Notes under the pieces: model-generated
What the model was told of the DNA's origin: nothing
Database searches by the model: none
What the model saw: the letters and a program-made list of their open reading frames with translations, nothing else
Shown here: in pieces, positions 7,468 through 8,553 of the stretch
Position numbering within the stretch: the first letter of the stretch is position 1
Layout of the letters: each line of letters begins with the position of its first letter
Position numbers and translations under genes: made by a program
Assembly (NCBI RefSeq): GCF_006345805.1
Contig: NW_021828399.1
Coordinates: 1-8,553 of the forward strand
Direction: 5' to 3'
DNA length: 8,553 nt
DNA from: Octopus sinensis
Lineage: Eukaryota

Positions 7468-8173
7468 TACATATACCATATGTATATGCATGAAAGTTGT
7501 ACCACTGCATAAATGACATGGTATCTCTGACATCACGTGGGCTCAGAGGACTATGTGACTATATACATACATGCATACACGCGCCTTTCACACAAACACA
7601 CACACACTTAAGTATACGCGATAATAGGCGATGGTTCAAGCAAATTTTTATAGTGTTGTAGCACCTTGAGTCTTTCTAAAACAAAGCTGTGAAGAGCTTA
7701 TCACAACTATTGTTGCTGTTCTGTTTGTATGGGGAAAACTTTCCAACAACATCTATCACAGAAATCGCATGTAATGACATATAACATAGGTGCTGTCATA
7801 ATAGAGACACTAGTTCTGTGTCCACCATTTCCTAAAAAGCCTAATGGAATGTTACATTATTGTTGAAGATACATATATTTGGTATCCATCAAACAGACAC
7901 AAATATTTAGGTATTACACTGTATTATCCAAATATTTAATTATTTATCCAGATGTTGTATAAGTACCGTTTTTTAATACTTTCAAGAATTAAATCCATTA
8001 TCGATTTGTAAAACGAGAATTATTACTTCATCTGTTTACGTTATTTTAGATTTAATCGATCGTAAATTCTAAACAATTTCAAACGGAAATTTTGAGTTAT
8101 GCATAGGGATTCATATAAAAGCATAAGAAGCATACAGATTTTGTAGAAATTATTCGTATTTTAGAATAGAAAA

Positions 8174-8241
8174 TGTGTGTGTGTGCATGTTTGTGTGTAT
8201 GTGTGTTAGTATGTGTGTGTGTGTGCGCGCGCGTGTGTGTG
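8174..8241. repeat. (TG)n/(CG)n microsatellite
   Basis: Includes the alternating purine-pyrimidine run (TG)n(CG)4(TG)n at about 8209-8241. Confidence 0.9.
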
Positions 8242-8347
8242 ATTTTGAAGTTCTTAGCCTTCTGTACGTTAATTTAAATTTGAGGTAATATATGTATATG
8301 TGTGGATGCGTGTCACTGCATATATACATGCATATATACATATAAAG

Positions 8348-8350
<3 letters not shown>

Positions 8351-8403
<53 letters not shown>

Positions 8404-8457
8404 CATATATATATTTATACATGCATACATACCTATACAAATCTATATATATATATC
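8351..8457. repeat. (AC)16 followed by (AT)n and TACA variants
   Basis: Seen directly in the sequence. Confidence 0.95.
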
Positions 8458-8553
8458 ATTCGAAGTGTAGAGTATTATATATCTATCAGCCTGATCTTAA
8501 CAATCGGTTTCGGGCGAGTGGTACAACGAAGTGTGAGGCAACAATCCGAACAT

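Noticed and set aside
1184-7539. Three CACGTG E-boxes (1184, 3841, 7534)
   Set aside because: Dispersed and compatible with chance in 8.5 kb.
8209-8241. Z-DNA-prone (TG)n(CG)n tract
   Set aside because: Common in this kind of genome, with no functional context.
326-8440. Long low-complexity ORFs (YI, LSIY, MYVC, HTYI, poly-K/F repeats)
   Set aside because: These are translations of microsatellites, which lack stop codons in several frames.

Overview
AT-rich, repeat-dense animal genomic DNA, most likely intronic. There is no intact gene, rRNA, tRNA gene or CRISPR array. Most ORFs in the six-frame track are artefacts of microsatellites (TA, CA, TACA, GATA, GGTA, GAA). The interspersed repeats resemble tRNA-derived SINE families I recall from Octopus genomes; this taxon call is from memory and was not searched. 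The main signal is a 215-bp fold-back (146-360, two 96-bp arms, 2 mismatches). Its loop and right arm encode a minimal type-I hammerhead ribozyme with a variant core (CCGAUGA) and a palindromic, dimer-type stem III, as known from Penelope-like retroelements (PLEs). A second, degenerate minimal hammerhead of a different family lies on the minus strand (4079-4119), and a partial HDV-like fold is at 1807-1893. Also present are SINEs and SINE fragments of two families, one plausible and one weaker + strand coding exon, and a possible pogo/Tigger (CENP-B-type) HTH relic.
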